64,000 nucleotides of DNA. Origin: Minisyncoccia bacterium (GTDB lineage Bacteria; Patescibacteriota; Minisyncoccia; Phycocordibacterales; PALSA-1337). Shown here one piece after another: positions 1 to 15,100 of the stretch (positions within the stretch are counted from its first letter, which is position 1; every line of letters begins with the position of its first letter). The translations under genes were made by a program, and so were the position numbers. The notes beneath the pieces are model-generated. The model was not told the DNA's origin. It ran no database searches and saw nothing but the letters and a program-made list of their open reading frames with translations. The stretch spans positions 4,085 through 68,084 of the forward strand of contig JBEKVT010000001.1 of NCBI GenBank assembly GCA_049997795.1, read 5' to 3'.

Positions 1-1346
1 GCCGGCACCCCGCCTGCCGACCAGCTTCCAATCGATAATCTTGATCACTCCCGAGGAATTGCTTTTGAAGCCGTCAAAACTCGCGCCTTGCTTCACGACT
101 TCCACATCCGCCGCCGAAGTAAGCAGATATGAAGGGAGATCCTTCATGCAATTCTTGCCGCTTATGCTTACAGGGACGTAATCTACAGGCAAGCCGTATT
201 GCCACGAAACATCCGCTATAGTTTCTGTTTTTTCCGTAGTCAGGCGATAGTATTTGAAATCGCCCTCGTGCGCTATCTCCGGGAATCGGAGGTCCTGAAC
301 AGTGGCGATGACGGCATAGTCGTTCGGGCCGATCGTCAGGCCGCTGTAACGATCGCGATACTCCGTCGTAGAGTCGAACGGCGAGAGAAAAACGATGATG
401 ACAACGGCCGATACCGCCACCGCGGCGGCCGAAAGCCGTCTTGATCCCCGCCAGAGATAAGAGGTAAAGCCCAGAGCATAGACAGCCATCGTCAAGACGA
501 AGAACAATGATGTTTCTTTAAAGATGATTCCATAGTAAGGATGTCCCATAAAATATCCTTCGAGGCAGTAAAAGGCTAGAGAGAAACAGAAAGCCGTCGG
601 GATGGCGGCGAGCGCCCCAACGACGAGCTTCTTCATCTCTATCCTGCCGAGTTCGGCGGCGATGAGCCAGACGACGAAAGAGAGCAGGAATTCTTTTCCG
701 AACATGCCGCCGTCGACGACGTTCTTGAGGACTATGAACGAGCTCAAAAGATATATGAAGTCGAAGCCGAAGTCCCGGTTCCCTTCGCGTCGCCGGCTCT
801 CCTTGAGCCAGAAGAAGACGAGGCCGAGGCCGAGGAGGACGACGAGCGCGGCGCCGAGATAATATGGCCAGTGAGGCATGACGAGGTAGGTCGAGAAGCC
901 GTTGTCGTAGTTTTCCTTCGGCTCACCCTGGCCTATGAGTCCACCCAAGACCACCATCACCGGCTTGAATATGTGGCTGTGGTCGGGCTGATTGCCGGAG
1001 AAATTGACGTCGTGCCCCGTAAAAGTCTGCTGCCAGAAATCGAAGCCGTATTCGTGAAGGTAATACAGGTGGAGAGAGAAGCCGAAAAGCACCAGAAAGA
1101 TTATAAGACAGACGACCCAGCTCTTTCTGATCGGGAATGACGGGCGAACCTTCAGGGCTCGGAGCATGAAAGCGACGAAAAAGAAAATCAGCAAGGCATA
1201 TAGCTTCACGTCGGAAACGCCGACAGCCAAGAAATCCGTGATCGACTTCAAGGAATATTGGACGTAGGAAGAAAGGCTGACGAGGATTATGAGGATCGCC
1301 GGGATGATGGCCGCCAGCCAGTCTTTATTCATTTTTCGCCAGAAGT
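1..1346 (-). CDS. Integral membrane protein, 3'-truncated by the window edge (N-terminus at 1346; at least 448 aa; multiple TM helices followed by a soluble C-terminal region)
   Basis: I translated the minus strand by hand from 1346 down to 1 and found one continuous stop-free frame. It begins MVVNFWRKMNKDWLAAIIPAILIILVSL and contains several hydrophobic helices. It is absent from the ORF track, presumably because no stop codon lies inside the window. It is the opposite strand of the short RRRR-rich plus-strand ORFs listed there. Confidence 0.55.
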
Positions 1347-1856
1347 TCACCACCATGTTTCTTTTATCTTCAGCTTATAGGAAATGATATTGACCAGAAG
1401 AACCAAGACCACGCTCATGGCCAGGACAGCGGCGATCATCGATATCGACGGCTGCAGCCAAAAATAAGTGAGGGCTATCGCTCCAAGTGGCGAATCGATC
1501 TGATCAAGGATCGGCAGAGGGCCATGTTCGCCGATCTTGAGCCTCCTTTTCAGGAAGCTCTCGACAGCGTCGCCCAGGACGCTGCCAGCGCCCATGAACA
1601 GCCCGACAAGATACGGGCGCCCCTGCAGGAAGACGACGATCAGAGCCGTCAATATGCCGATCAATAAGCCCCCGATCTTCTTGTGGGGCCCTATGAGCGG
1701 AGTCTTGTCCATGCCGACGGTCAGATGGAAATCGAGAGGGACGCCGTATATGCCTCCGCAATCCTTGCATACCACCCTGTCGAAGAAGACCACGGCCATG
1801 TTGGCGCAGTATGCCGGAAGGATGAAGTAAAAAGCCGATAGGAAGAGGCCGCTCAT
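1347..1856 (-). CDS. CDP-alcohol/CTP-transferase family membrane protein (CdsA/CarS-like, DUF46-type)
   Basis: 169 aa with about 5 TM helices. The C-terminal SFLKRRLKIGEHGPLPILDQIDS resembles the CdsA/CarS cytidylyltransferase signature (K-R...G..LP...LD.ID-S). It lies immediately upstream of, and abuts, the membrane protein at 1-1346. Confidence 0.45.
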   Translation of the reverse strand: MSGLFLSAFYFILPAYCANMAVVFFDRVVCKDCGGIYGVPLDFHLTVGMDKTPLIGPHKKIGGLLIGILTALIVVFLQGRPYLVGLFMGAGSVLGDAVESFLKRRLKIGEHGPLPILDQIDSPLGAIALTYFWLQPSISMIAAVLAMSVVLVLLVNIISYKLKIKETWW

Positions 1857-1940
1857 CGCCGGATTATATCACGGCAGACGCATCCAAGCGGCCGCTCGCG
1901 TCGTGTGGCTAAGCGGCCTGGAGTATATTAGAATGTCCCC

Positions 1941-3254
1941 ATGCCAGATAAGCCGAAAAAATTCTCTACTGATCCGTACAAGGGCGTCAGGGACTTCTTC
2001 CCGGAAGACATGGCCGCGGAGAAGGAGATTTTCGGCATCTGGCGCGGCGTTTGCGAGAAATACGGCTATGAAGAATATAACGCGTCTGTCTTGGAGCCGG
2101 CCGATCTGTATAGAGCCAAATCGGGCGAAGAGCTCGTGAACGAGCAGACCTACACCTTCATCGACAGAGGCGAGCGCGAGGTGACTCTCCGGCCCGAGAT
2201 GACGCCGACCGTCGCCCGCATGGTCGCCTCGAAGAAGCGCGAGCTCGTCTTCCCTCTCCGCTGGTATTCCATACCTAATCTTTTCCGGTATGAACAGCCC
2301 CAGCGCGGCCGGTTGCGCGAGCATTGGCAGCTGAACGTCGATCTTTTCGGCGTCGAGTCCATGAATGCGGAGATAGAGGTCATCAATATGGCCTACGACA
2401 TCACCCGTGCTTACGGCTTGAAAGACACCGACTTCGAGATCCGCCTGAACGATCGCAAGGTAATGAATTACGTGACGCGCGAGGTCTTCGGCCTGGGCGA
2501 GGAGGCGGCGTCGAAGATCGCCAGGCTCGTGGATAAGAAAGACAGGTTGAAGCAAGGAGCTTTCGAGGCGGCCGTCGTGGAGATCTTCATGGCCGACCCG
2601 AAGCTCCAGGGCAAGGACGAGGAGTTCCTGACGCTCTTAAATTCGAAGAATTTCGAGGAGTTCGCCTCGCGCTTGCCGCAAACCAAGGAAGAGCATGTCG
2701 GCATGAAGGAGATACGCGAAGTCGTGAAGGGCCTGGAGAGGCTCGGGGTGACGAACGTTCGCTTCGACCAGACCTTGATGCGCGGCTTCGACTATTATAC
2801 CGGCATCGTCTTCGAGGTCTACGACCTGAATCCAGCCAATCGCCGTTCGGTCTTCGGCGGCGGCCGGTACGACGACCTTCTGGCTCTCTTCGGCAACGAC
2901 AAGGTGCCGGCCGTCGGCTTCGGCGCTGGCGACGTCATCGCCCGCGACCTCATGGAGACATACGGGAGATCGGTGAAAAAGAAAGCTCCGGCGGATATCG
3001 CCATCGCTGTGGTCGGCGAGCAGAACGTACCCTATGCTATGGATCTGGCTCAATCACTGCGAGAAAGAGGCATCTGCGCCGCCGTCGATCTTTCCGGCAA
3101 GAAGGTCGGCGACCAGATCGCGAACGCCGCGAGGCGCGGCATCCCCAGGGCGGTTTGCGTCGGAGACGAGGAGGTCAAGACCGGCAAGCTCCGCGTGAAG
3201 ACTTTGGCGACCGGAGAGGAGGCCGTTACGACGGAAGCGGAGATAAAACCGTAA
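1941..3254 (+). CDS. hisS: Histidine--tRNA ligase
   Basis: 437 aa class II aaRS. Motifs RPEMTP, ...FRYEQPQRGRLREHWQ and GGGRYD are present, with an anticodon-binding C-terminal domain. Confidence 0.9.
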   Translation: MPDKPKKFSTDPYKGVRDFFPEDMAAEKEIFGIWRGVCEKYGYEEYNASVLEPADLYRAKSGEELVNEQTYTFIDRGEREVTLRPEMTPTVARMVASKKRELVFPLRWYSIPNLFRYEQPQRGRLREHWQLNVDLFGVESMNAEIEVINMAYDITRAYGLKDTDFEIRLNDRKVMNYVTREVFGLGEEAASKIARLVDKKDRLKQGAFEAAVVEIFMADPKLQGKDEEFLTLLNSKNFEEFASRLPQTKEEHVGMKEIREVVKGLERLGVTNVRFDQTLMRGFDYYTGIVFEVYDLNPANRRSVFGGGRYDDLLALFGNDKVPAVGFGAGDVIARDLMETYGRSVKKKAPADIAIAVVGEQNVPYAMDLAQSLRERGICAAVDLSGKKVGDQIANAARRGIPRAVCVGDEEVKTGKLRVKTLATGEEAVTTEAEIKP

Positions 3255-3260
3255 TATCCC

Positions 3261-3836
3261 ATGCGCCGCATCACTTTCGACCTGGAGACGAAGAACATGT
3301 TCGACGACGTCGGTTCGAACGACCCGGCGATGCTCGATATCTCCGTCGTCTGCATCCACGACTCGGCGGACGACAAGTACAAGAGCTTCCTGGAGAACGA
3401 CCTGCGCGACCTCTGGCCTATCCTCGAGCAGGCGGATGTCCTGGTGACCTGGAACGGCGACCATTTCGACATCCCGCTCCTGAACAAATATTATCCGGGC
3501 GATCTCGCCAAGATGAAGAGCGTGGACCTGATGAAGGCGGTGCAGGACGTCCTCGGGCGGCGCCTGAAGCTCGACACGGTGGCCGCGGCCACTCTCGGAG
3601 TCGGCAAGAGCGGCAACGGCCTCGACGCCATCGAATGGTGGAAGAACGGCGAGGTGGACAAGGTCATCAAGTATTGCATCGAAGACGTGCGCATCACCAA
3701 GGAGCTGTATGAATACGCTTTGGACAAGGGGCACTTGAAATACCGCGATGGTGGTGAGATCCGCGAGGTCAAGCTCGACACCTCGCGCTGGGAGACGCCG
3801 GCCGGCAGCGCCCTGACTTTCACTCTGCCTTTCTAG
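3261..3836 (+). CDS. RNase H-like 3'-5' exonuclease (PolB-exonuclease-related, DEDD-type)
   Basis: 191 aa. FDLETKN, ...TWNGDHFDIPLL and ...YCIEDVRIT carry exo I/II/III-like acidic motifs. It begins 7 bp after the hisS stop. Confidence 0.65.
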   Translation: MRRITFDLETKNMFDDVGSNDPAMLDISVVCIHDSADDKYKSFLENDLRDLWPILEQADVLVTWNGDHFDIPLLNKYYPGDLAKMKSVDLMKAVQDVLGRRLKLDTVAAATLGVGKSGNGLDAIEWWKNGEVDKVIKYCIEDVRITKELYEYALDKGHLKYRDGGEIREVKLDTSRWETPAGSALTFTLPF

Positions 3837-3839
3837 AAC

Positions 3840-4628
3840 ATGACCAACCACGCCGATCAGAGGCCAGCTTCGTCATTCATGACCTTGCCGGGGGCGATCA
3901 TCGTCGCCGGGGCTCTTGTCGCCATGGCTCTGATCTGGATAAGCAGGCCGGCCGCCGCGCCGGCATCCGTCCGGGGGAGCGGCGCCCCGTCAGCCGCTTC
4001 TTCCATGGCTCCAATCACAGCCGCGGATCATATCCTCGGCAATCCGAACGCCTCCATAAAACTGGTCGAGTATTCCGACCCGTCGTGCCCTTACTGCAAG
4101 ACGTTCAATCCGACCATGGAAGCGATCATGGCCGGATACGGGCCGGGCGGCAGGGTCGCCTGGGTCTACAGGCAGTTCCCGCTCGACAGGCCGGACGAGA
4201 ACGGCGACATCCTCCATCCCAATTCCGGCAAGGAAGCGGCGGCTTTCGAATGCGCCGGAGCCTTGGGCGGCACCACCGTCTTCTTCGCCTACGAGAAGCG
4301 CTGGTTCGATGTCTTCCCTTCCGACGGCGCCAGCCGTAGCGCAAGCGACGACGAAGCCCAGATCGCCCAAACAGCCAAGGACGTCGGCCTGGACCCTGTC
4401 TCTTTCAATGAATGTCTTTCGAGCGGCCGTTTCAACGATAAATTGGACAAGAGCTATGCCGACGGCCTGAATGCCGGCATCACCGGCACGCCTTACACGG
4501 TGATCATCACCCCCTCCGGGACAGACATCCCGCTTTCCGGCGCCATCTCATACACCACGCTCAAAACGGCGATCGACACTCTGATCTCGTCGATCCCCGC
4601 TTCGTCGGCCACCACCACGGCGCAGTAA
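3840..4628 (+). CDS. DsbA-family thiol:disulfide oxidoreductase, membrane-anchored or secreted
   Basis: N-terminal TM segment and the CPYC thioredoxin active site (DPSCPYCKTF). Confidence 0.8.
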   Translation: MTNHADQRPASSFMTLPGAIIVAGALVAMALIWISRPAAAPASVRGSGAPSAASSMAPITAADHILGNPNASIKLVEYSDPSCPYCKTFNPTMEAIMAGYGPGGRVAWVYRQFPLDRPDENGDILHPNSGKEAAAFECAGALGGTTVFFAYEKRWFDVFPSDGASRSASDDEAQIAQTAKDVGLDPVSFNECLSSGRFNDKLDKSYADGLNAGITGTPYTVIITPSGTDIPLSGAISYTTLKTAIDTLISSIPASSATTTAQ

Positions 4629-4751
4629 AAACGATCCGATGATCCTCCGGCCCGTTCGCACGGATCCAGTATTGACATATGCGCACGGATGCGTAATGTT
4701 TCAATCGAAAGTACGTAGTTCATCCCATCAACCCATAGTCAGGAGATACAC

Positions 4752-5228
4752 ATGAGCCTAGTCTTATCGATCGGCTTGAGCATGGCGGCTTTTATGGTGA
4801 TCTTCGCCTCAGCGGCCGTGATCTGGCTGTACTATCCGCCGAATTTGGAGTACAGAGCAGCGAGAGAGCCCATCCTGCTCTGCGCTTTCATGGCGATCAG
4901 CCTGGCGGTATTCTATGTCTTGCATTCTTCGCCCCGCGGCTGGACATTCTGGTCAGCGATCGGCCTGGCGCTTTTCTTGTCCGGAGTCATGTCGAACAAC
5001 ATGGCCAGGATCGCTTACCGCCACGAGTTCGGCATCTGCGCCGCGCTTGGAGTGGGCATAGCGTTCGTGACCACCTCTCTCGTCGGAGCAAGGACACCGT
5101 CCGGCATCCTCTGCGTTTGCGTCGGTGCTGCCCTGTTGTACATGGCGCTGCTCGTCAAGTACAGCAAGAAGTGGTTTTCTTCCGATAAGCCGCCGGCTAT
5201 TGCGCCGGCGCCGGAACACCGGGCTTAA
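4752..5228 (+). CDS. Hypothetical polytopic membrane protein
   Basis: 158 aa with four hydrophobic segments. I recognise no conserved motif. Confidence 0.45.
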   Translation: MSLVLSIGLSMAAFMVIFASAAVIWLYYPPNLEYRAAREPILLCAFMAISLAVFYVLHSSPRGWTFWSAIGLALFLSGVMSNNMARIAYRHEFGICAALGVGIAFVTTSLVGARTPSGILCVCVGAALLYMALLVKYSKKWFSSDKPPAIAPAPEHRA

Positions 5229-5313
5229 GACCGAATTTCGACCGAACGTCGCACGCTCCCTCCCGGGAGCGTTTTTATATGAGATGACAGTGCAGACTGT
5301 CTAAGGGCTCGGC

Positions 5314-6543
5314 TCAATAATTCTTCAGCCTGTTCGCCTGCTCGTGCTGGCGGATCTTCTCGTGGGCCTTGGCTTCGATCTGGCGGATGCGCTCGCGGGT
5401 CACGCCGAATTCGCGGCCGACTTCCTCAAGGGTGTGGGTGATGCCGTCGAGGAGGCCATGGCGCATTTCCAGGATCCGGCGCTCTTTCTCCGACAGATCG
5501 CCTAGGATCATGTTGACTTGGTCGCGTAAGATGCGGCGGGACGATTCCTGGTCGGGCGAGAGGATCTTGTCATCGGGCACGAAGTCTTGCAGGGTCGACT
5601 TCGAGTCCTCGGAGTCGTCGCCAACGGGGCTCTCGAGCGAGACGACGTCTTGCTCGATCTTCTCGATCTGGTAGATCTTCTCCACGTCCATGCCCATCTC
5701 CGTGGCAATCTCTTCCGGCAGGGGCTCGCGGCCGAGGTCTTGCATCAGGCGGCGGACGACTTGCTTGTATTTGGCGATGGTCTCGACCATGTGGACAGGC
5801 ACCCGGATGGTCCGCGACTGGTCGGCCAGAGCCCTGGTGATGGCTTGCCTTATCCACCAGGTAGCGTAGGTCGAGAACTTATAGCCCTTGGTCCAGTCGA
5901 ACTTGTCGACGGCCCGGAAGAGCCCGAGGTTGCCTTCCTGGATGAGGTCGAGGAGGGTCAAGTCCGGCGAGCGGCCGACGTATTTCTTGGCTATCGAGAC
6001 AACCAGGCGGAGATTGGCTTTGGCCAGGAGGTTCTTGGCTTCGATGTCCTCGTTCTGGATGCGCCTGGCAAGATTCTTCTCTTCCGCGGCGTTAATCAAA
6101 GGATATTGGCCGATCTCTTTCAGATACATCTGGATGGAGTCGTAGGCCGAATCGGAGCCGGTCCGCGAGAGATGCGGCGGCTGTTTCTTCTCTTTCTCCT
6201 TGAGCTCCTCGATCTCGAGGAGGCCGCCGCCCTCGAGGACGTCGACGTTGGCGCCGGAGAGCCGGCTGTAGAGGTCATCCAGGAAGCTGATGTCGTTCTC
6301 GATCTGAGGAAATTCTTTGAGGATCTCATCGTAGGTCACGAAGCCGCGGTTTCTGCCCTTCTGGATGAGGGCGGCGGCCTTGGCTTCGAAATCCTTGCCG
6401 CCGGGATGGGCCTTGACGGCCGAACGTCCGGCTTTCGGCTTCGGCACGGCCCGGCGGACCGGCCTTTTCTTAACGGCTTTGGGGCGCCGCGCGGGACGGC
6501 GGGAGTGCTTGGCCGGACGGGCCTTTTGTCTGCGTTTGCTCAT
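5314..6543 (-). CDS. rpoD: RNA polymerase sigma factor RpoD (sigma-70, short form with a basic N-terminal tail)
   Basis: Region 2 ([18 protein letters not shown]), region 3 and region 4.2 ([24 protein letters not shown]) are all present. Confidence 0.9.
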   Translation of the reverse strand: MSKRRQKARPAKHSRRPARRPKAVKKRPVRRAVPKPKAGRSAVKAHPGGKDFEAKAAALIQKGRNRGFVTYDEILKEFPQIENDISFLDDLYSRLSGANVDVLEGGGLLEIEELKEKEKKQPPHLSRTGSDSAYDSIQMYLKEIGQYPLINAAEEKNLARRIQNEDIEAKNLLAKANLRLVVSIAKKYVGRSPDLTLLDLIQEGNLGLFRAVDKFDWTKGYKFSTYATWWIRQAITRALADQSRTIRVPVHMVETIAKYKQVVRRLMQDLGREPLPEEIATEMGMDVEKIYQIEKIEQDVVSLESPVGDDSEDSKSTLQDFVPDDKILSPDQESSRRILRDQVNMILGDLSEKERRILEMRHGLLDGITHTLEEVGREFGVTRERIRQIEAKAHEKIRQHEQANRLKNY

Positions 6544-6577
6544 GGGGTTATAAGGTCAAAGCGATGATGATTTTACT

Positions 6578-8344
6578 CTATTTCTTCCGTTTCCGCACTT
6601 CGGCCTTCCTTATCGAAAGGTCTTGGCACTTCCGGGCAAGCTCGGCCACGCGCTCCTGGTCGCCTGCACGCTCGGCTGCCCGCAATTCGTTCATGGCCTG
6701 GATGAGCCCGCCGTTCAGGAGGTCCTCTTCGAAATTGGCGATGAGCTCGTCCATGTGGATGTCCCAGCGCTCCGGCTCGGCGCCGTAGAAGGCCTCGGCC
6801 TCGAAAGAAAAATCCGGAAGGAGCGGCTTGATCCGCTCGAGCCTCGCGGCGTAGGAATCGCCGGCGGCCTTCATGATCCTGTCCCTGTAGGCGGCCGCGG
6901 CAGCCGCTTGGGCTTTTTCCATGAGGTCGAGGAGGCCGAACATCCGGCGCTCGACGAGGTCGATGCGGGATATCGGTTCATTGTCAGATCCAACCTCCGG
7001 TTCATTTTTTGCCGTGTCCTTCGACTCTAACGATCTCTTTAATTTATTCAGTTCATCCCATATAAGGACCTCATTGGTGATTTTGAACTCTTCACGGACA
7101 ATCCGTACAAAACGTTGTTTGTCTGTGTCTTTTTCAAGATAAACGATCAATGGGTAAACGCGTTCTCTAACGGCCTTTAGTCTCTTACGTTCATCGGAGA
7201 ATTCTCTTAATATATTGTTTATTTCGAACTCGATCACTTGCTTGGCGGCGCGCAGGACCTTCTTCCAGTCCTCCGGGTCGTGGAAGACCAGATCGGCCGG
7301 GTCTTTGCCGCCCTGGATGTCGGCGATCTTCACGTCCATGCCGAGGGAAAGGGCTATGCCGGCCGCTCTCATGGCGGCTTTCCGGCCGGCCGCATCGGAA
7401 TCGAAAGCGATGATGACGTTGCCAGACAAGCGCCGCAAGAGGCCGAGGTTATTCACGGCCCCTTCTTTATTGGATTCGGCATCGGAGAGAGCGGTCCCTG
7501 AGGCGGCCACGGCATTCTTGACTCCCGCCTGGTGCGACATGATGAGGTCCATCTGGCCTTCGACCAGGATGGAATAATCGAGCCGGCGGATGAAGCTCTT
7601 GGCTTTGTCGAGGCCGTAAAGGACGGATGATTTGTCGAACAAGGGAGTGTCTGGGCTATTCAGATATTTGCCGGTATTGCCGTCGTCGAGCTGCGGCAGG
7701 ATACGCCCGGAAAAGGCGATGACCCGGCCGCTTGAATCATTCAAGGGGAACATCACCCGGCCGCGGAAGCGGTCGTAATAGTTGCCCGTGCCGTCTTCCG
7801 CCTTCTTGGCCAGGCCGGCCTTCTCGATGAGCTCGTTCGGCCAATCCTTGCCTCTCAAATAGGCATAGAGGTTCCGCCAACCCTCTGGCGCGAAGCCGAT
7901 TCTGAACTCGGCGCTCGTCTTTTCGGAGACGCCGCGCTTTTTGACGTACGCCGCGGCTTCTTTCGAGCCGACGAATTGTTCTTCGAAATACTTCGCCGCT
8001 TCCTCCGTTATCTGGAAAAGTTTGTCTTTCTCGCTGTCGGCCTTCTGGTCGAAGACGAGCGGCACGCCGGCCCGCTCGGCCAGGATTTTGAGAGCGCCTT
8101 TGAAGTCCAGGCCCTCGAACTGTTCCACGAAAGAGAAGATGTCGCCTTTGGCCCCGCAGCCGAAGCAGTAGTAGCCACCGCGCTCCGGCGAGACGAAAAA
8201 CGACGGCGTCTTCTCGTTGTGGAACGGGCATCTGGCTTTCAAGGATTTGCCGGCCCTCTCGAGCTTCATGTACGAGCCGATGACCTCCTCGATCGGCAGG
8301 CGGGCTTTGATCTCCTCGACGGTGGTGCGGTTCATGCTCCGCAT
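6578..8344 (-). CDS. dnaG: DNA primase
   Basis: 588 aa with a zinc-binding N-terminus (CPFHNEKTPSF...YYCFGCG) and a TOPRIM core (EGQMD). The dnaG-rpoD adjacency is the classic arrangement. Confidence 0.9.
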   Translation of the reverse strand: MRSMNRTTVEEIKARLPIEEVIGSYMKLERAGKSLKARCPFHNEKTPSFFVSPERGGYYCFGCGAKGDIFSFVEQFEGLDFKGALKILAERAGVPLVFDQKADSEKDKLFQITEEAAKYFEEQFVGSKEAAAYVKKRGVSEKTSAEFRIGFAPEGWRNLYAYLRGKDWPNELIEKAGLAKKAEDGTGNYYDRFRGRVMFPLNDSSGRVIAFSGRILPQLDDGNTGKYLNSPDTPLFDKSSVLYGLDKAKSFIRRLDYSILVEGQMDLIMSHQAGVKNAVAASGTALSDAESNKEGAVNNLGLLRRLSGNVIIAFDSDAAGRKAAMRAAGIALSLGMDVKIADIQGGKDPADLVFHDPEDWKKVLRAAKQVIEFEINNILREFSDERKRLKAVRERVYPLIVYLEKDTDKQRFVRIVREEFKITNEVLIWDELNKLKRSLESKDTAKNEPEVGSDNEPISRIDLVERRMFGLLDLMEKAQAAAAAAYRDRIMKAAGDSYAARLERIKPLLPDFSFEAEAFYGAEPERWDIHMDELIANFEEDLLNGGLIQAMNELRAAERAGDQERVAELARKCQDLSIRKAEVRKRKK

Positions 8345-8387
8345 TATAGCTCAAAAATCATTCGGTCCTTATTTCTTTTCCGGCGCT

Positions 8388-12083
<3,696 letters not shown>

Positions 12084-12103
12084 ATAGTTGGTATTCAAAA
12101 GGC

Positions 12104-15100
12104 TTATTCCTCTAGAGCCGCCCGCCTGGGTTTGTTGACGAGCTCGACGTTCAGGGCCAGGCCGCGCAAAGTCTTCAAAAGGACGTTGAACGAGGCCGGC
12201 AGATTCGGCTCCCGCAGGGGCTCGCCCTTGACGATGGCGTCGAAAGTCTGGGAGCGGCCGATGATGTCGTCCGATTTGACCGTCAGGATCTCGCGGAGAG
12301 TATGGGCGGCCCCGTGACCGAGAAGCGCCCAGACCTCCATTTCGCCGAAGCGCTGGCCGCCGCCTTGAGCCTTGCCTCCCAGAGGCTGCTGGGTGATGAG
12401 CGAATAGGGCCCTATCGAGCGCATGTGGATCTTGTCTTCCACCATATGGTGCAGCTTCAATATGTACATGTAGCCGACGGCAACGGCCTGGTTGAAATGC
12501 TCGCCGGTCCGGCCGTCGCGCAATTTCATCTTGCCAGAAGGGTCGAAGCCGGCCTTTTTGAGCTCTTCCTTGATCTCGGCGTCGGTCGCTCCGGCGAAGG
12601 GCGGCACGATGGCCTGATAGCCGAGGGAGTTGGCGGCAAGCCCGAGGTGCAATTCGAGGATCTGGCCCAGGTTCATGCGGGACGGGACACCTAAGGGAGT
12701 CAGGATGACGTCGATCGGCGTGCCGTCTTCCATGTACGGCATATCCTCTTCCGGCATGATCTTGGAGATGACGCCCTTGTTGCCGTGGCGGCCGGCCAGC
12801 TTGTCGCCGACCGAGACGTTCCTGACCTCGGCCACTTCTATGTAGATCTTCTTGATGATGCCGGATTCCAGCTTGTCGCCGCGCTCGCGCGAGAAGGTCT
12901 TGACGGAGATGACCCGGCCGCGCTTGCCGTTCTCCATCCGCTTCGAGGTGTCCTTCACGTCGCGGGCCTTCTCGCCGAAGATCGACCTCAAGAGGCGCTC
13001 TTCGGGAGTGAGCTGGGTCTCGCCTTTGGGGCTGATCTTCCCGACCAGGATGTCGCCCGGCCGGACTTCTGCCCCGATCCTGACGATGCCTTCCTCGGTC
13101 AAGTTCTTGAGCCGGGCTTCGCCGACGTTGGGGATGTCGTAGGTCGTGACTTCGGGCCCCAACTTGGTGTCGCGGACATTCACCACGAACTCTTCGATGT
13201 GGATCGAGCTCCACTTGGAATTTTTGACGACGCGCTCGGATAGGATGATGGCGTCTTCGTAGTTGTTGCCGGCCCAGGACATGAAGGCGACCAGAGCGTT
13301 GTGGCCCAGAGCGATCTGGCCGCGGTCTGAGGTCGAGGTATCGGCCAGGACGTCTCCTTTCTTGACCTTATCGCCGGGAGAGACGATGGGGCGCTGGTGG
13401 AAAGCCGTGAAGCCGTTGGTGCGCTGGAAGAGGACCAGGGGATATTCCCGCTTCTTGCCGCTCTTCTTGCCGGAAAAGACGATCTTCCTGGCGTCGACGT
13501 GGGTGATCTCGCCGTCTTCCGAAGCGACGACGACGCGGCCGGTGTCGAGCACGGCCTTCTCTTCGATGCCCGTGGCGACGAGCGGCGCCTCGGGCACGAG
13601 GCAAGGCGTGGCCTGTTTCTGCATGTTCGAGCCCATCAGGGCCCGGTTGGCGTCGTCATGATTCAGGAACGGGATGAGCGAGGTGGCGATGGAGAAGGCT
13701 TGATTGGTGGAGACGTCGATGTAATCGACTTCTTTCCTGTCGGCCATGGCCGGCTTGCCGTTCTGGCGCACTTCCACGTCCTCGACCGAGATGGCGCCGG
13801 AGGAGTCGCGCGGCGTGGCGGCGTGGGCGATCCTGTAATTCTCCTCCTCGAGAGCGTTCATGTAGACGATCTCCTTGGTGATCGCGCCGTCCTTGACTTT
13901 GGCATACGGCGTCTCGATCATGCCGAAATCATTGATGCGGGCGTAGGTGGTGAGCCGGAGGACCAGGCCGATGTTCGGCCCTTCAGGCGTGTGGATCGGA
14001 CAGAGACGGCCGTAGTGGGACGGATGGACGTCGCGCACTTCGAAGCCGGCCCGCTCGCGGGACAAGCCGCCGGGGCCGAGGGCCGTCAGGGTGCGCAGAT
14101 GCTCGAGCTCGGCCAGGACGTTCTCCTGGGCCATGAATTGCGAGAGCTGGTTGGTGGTGAAGAACTCCTTGATGCGAGCCTGGAGGGGGCGCGGATATAT
14201 GAAAGAGACCGGCAAGGTCACGTCCGGCTCGATGGTGGACATCTTATCCTGGATGTTCCTCTTCATCTGCGACAAGCCCAGGCGGACGCGTTGCTCCAGG
14301 AGTTCGCCGACATAGCGGACGCGGCGCGAGCCCAGGTGGTCGATGTCGTCGCCTTGCATGTCCGGCGTGGTGTTCAGGGTGATGATGTGAGCGACGGCCA
14401 CGGCCACGTCGTCGAGGGAGAGCGTCCTCTTCTCCAGGGATTTCTCGTCCATGGGTTTGCCGAAGCGCTTGTTGAAGCGGAAACGACCAACCCTGGAGAG
14501 GTCGTAGCGGTCTTCTCTCAAGAGAGCCTGGATGAAGGAGCGGGCGTTATCGGCGGTAGCCAGATCGCCGTCGCGCAGGCGCTTGTGGATCTCGATGTAG
14601 GCCTCGTCCGGGGTCTTGGCATGGTCCTTGGCCAGAGTCAGCTCGATCGCCTTCGAAGCAGAGGGATTGGACTTGAACTGGTCGAGGATCTTCTGGTCGG
14701 TGTCGGCTCCGAGGATCCGAAGGAGCGAGGTCACTGGGAATTTGCGCTTGCGGTCGATGCGGCAGTATATGGTCTGGTCGGCGTCCGTCTCGATCTCCAT
14801 CCAGACGCCTCGGGCCGGGATGATCTTGGCCCCGAAATAATTCTTGCCCTTGACCTCGGAGGCCGTGAAGAAGATGCCGAAAGAACGGGCCAATTGGGGA
14901 GAGATGACGCGTTCCACGCCGTTTATGACGAAGGTGCCGTGGTCGGTCATGAGCGGCAAGTCGGCCAGGAACATCTCCTGCTCCTTGACGACGCCGAGCG
15001 CCTTATTCTTCAAGACAACTTTGATCTTGATCTGGCCCTCGTAGTTCTGTTTGTTCTCCTTGGCGCGATGCTCGTCGTATTGGGGCCGGATGAGCTCGAG

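Noticed and set aside
1869-2555. 228-aa minus-strand ORF antisense to hisS, and many similar long R/G/P/A-rich antisense ORFs (for example 3054-3851, 5587-6567, 8217-9584, 9597-10538, 11352-12317, 13397-15205, 31502-32329, 48607-50298)
   Set aside because: High GC suppresses stop codons on the antisense strand. Their compositions are low-complexity and they overlap confidently assigned genes.
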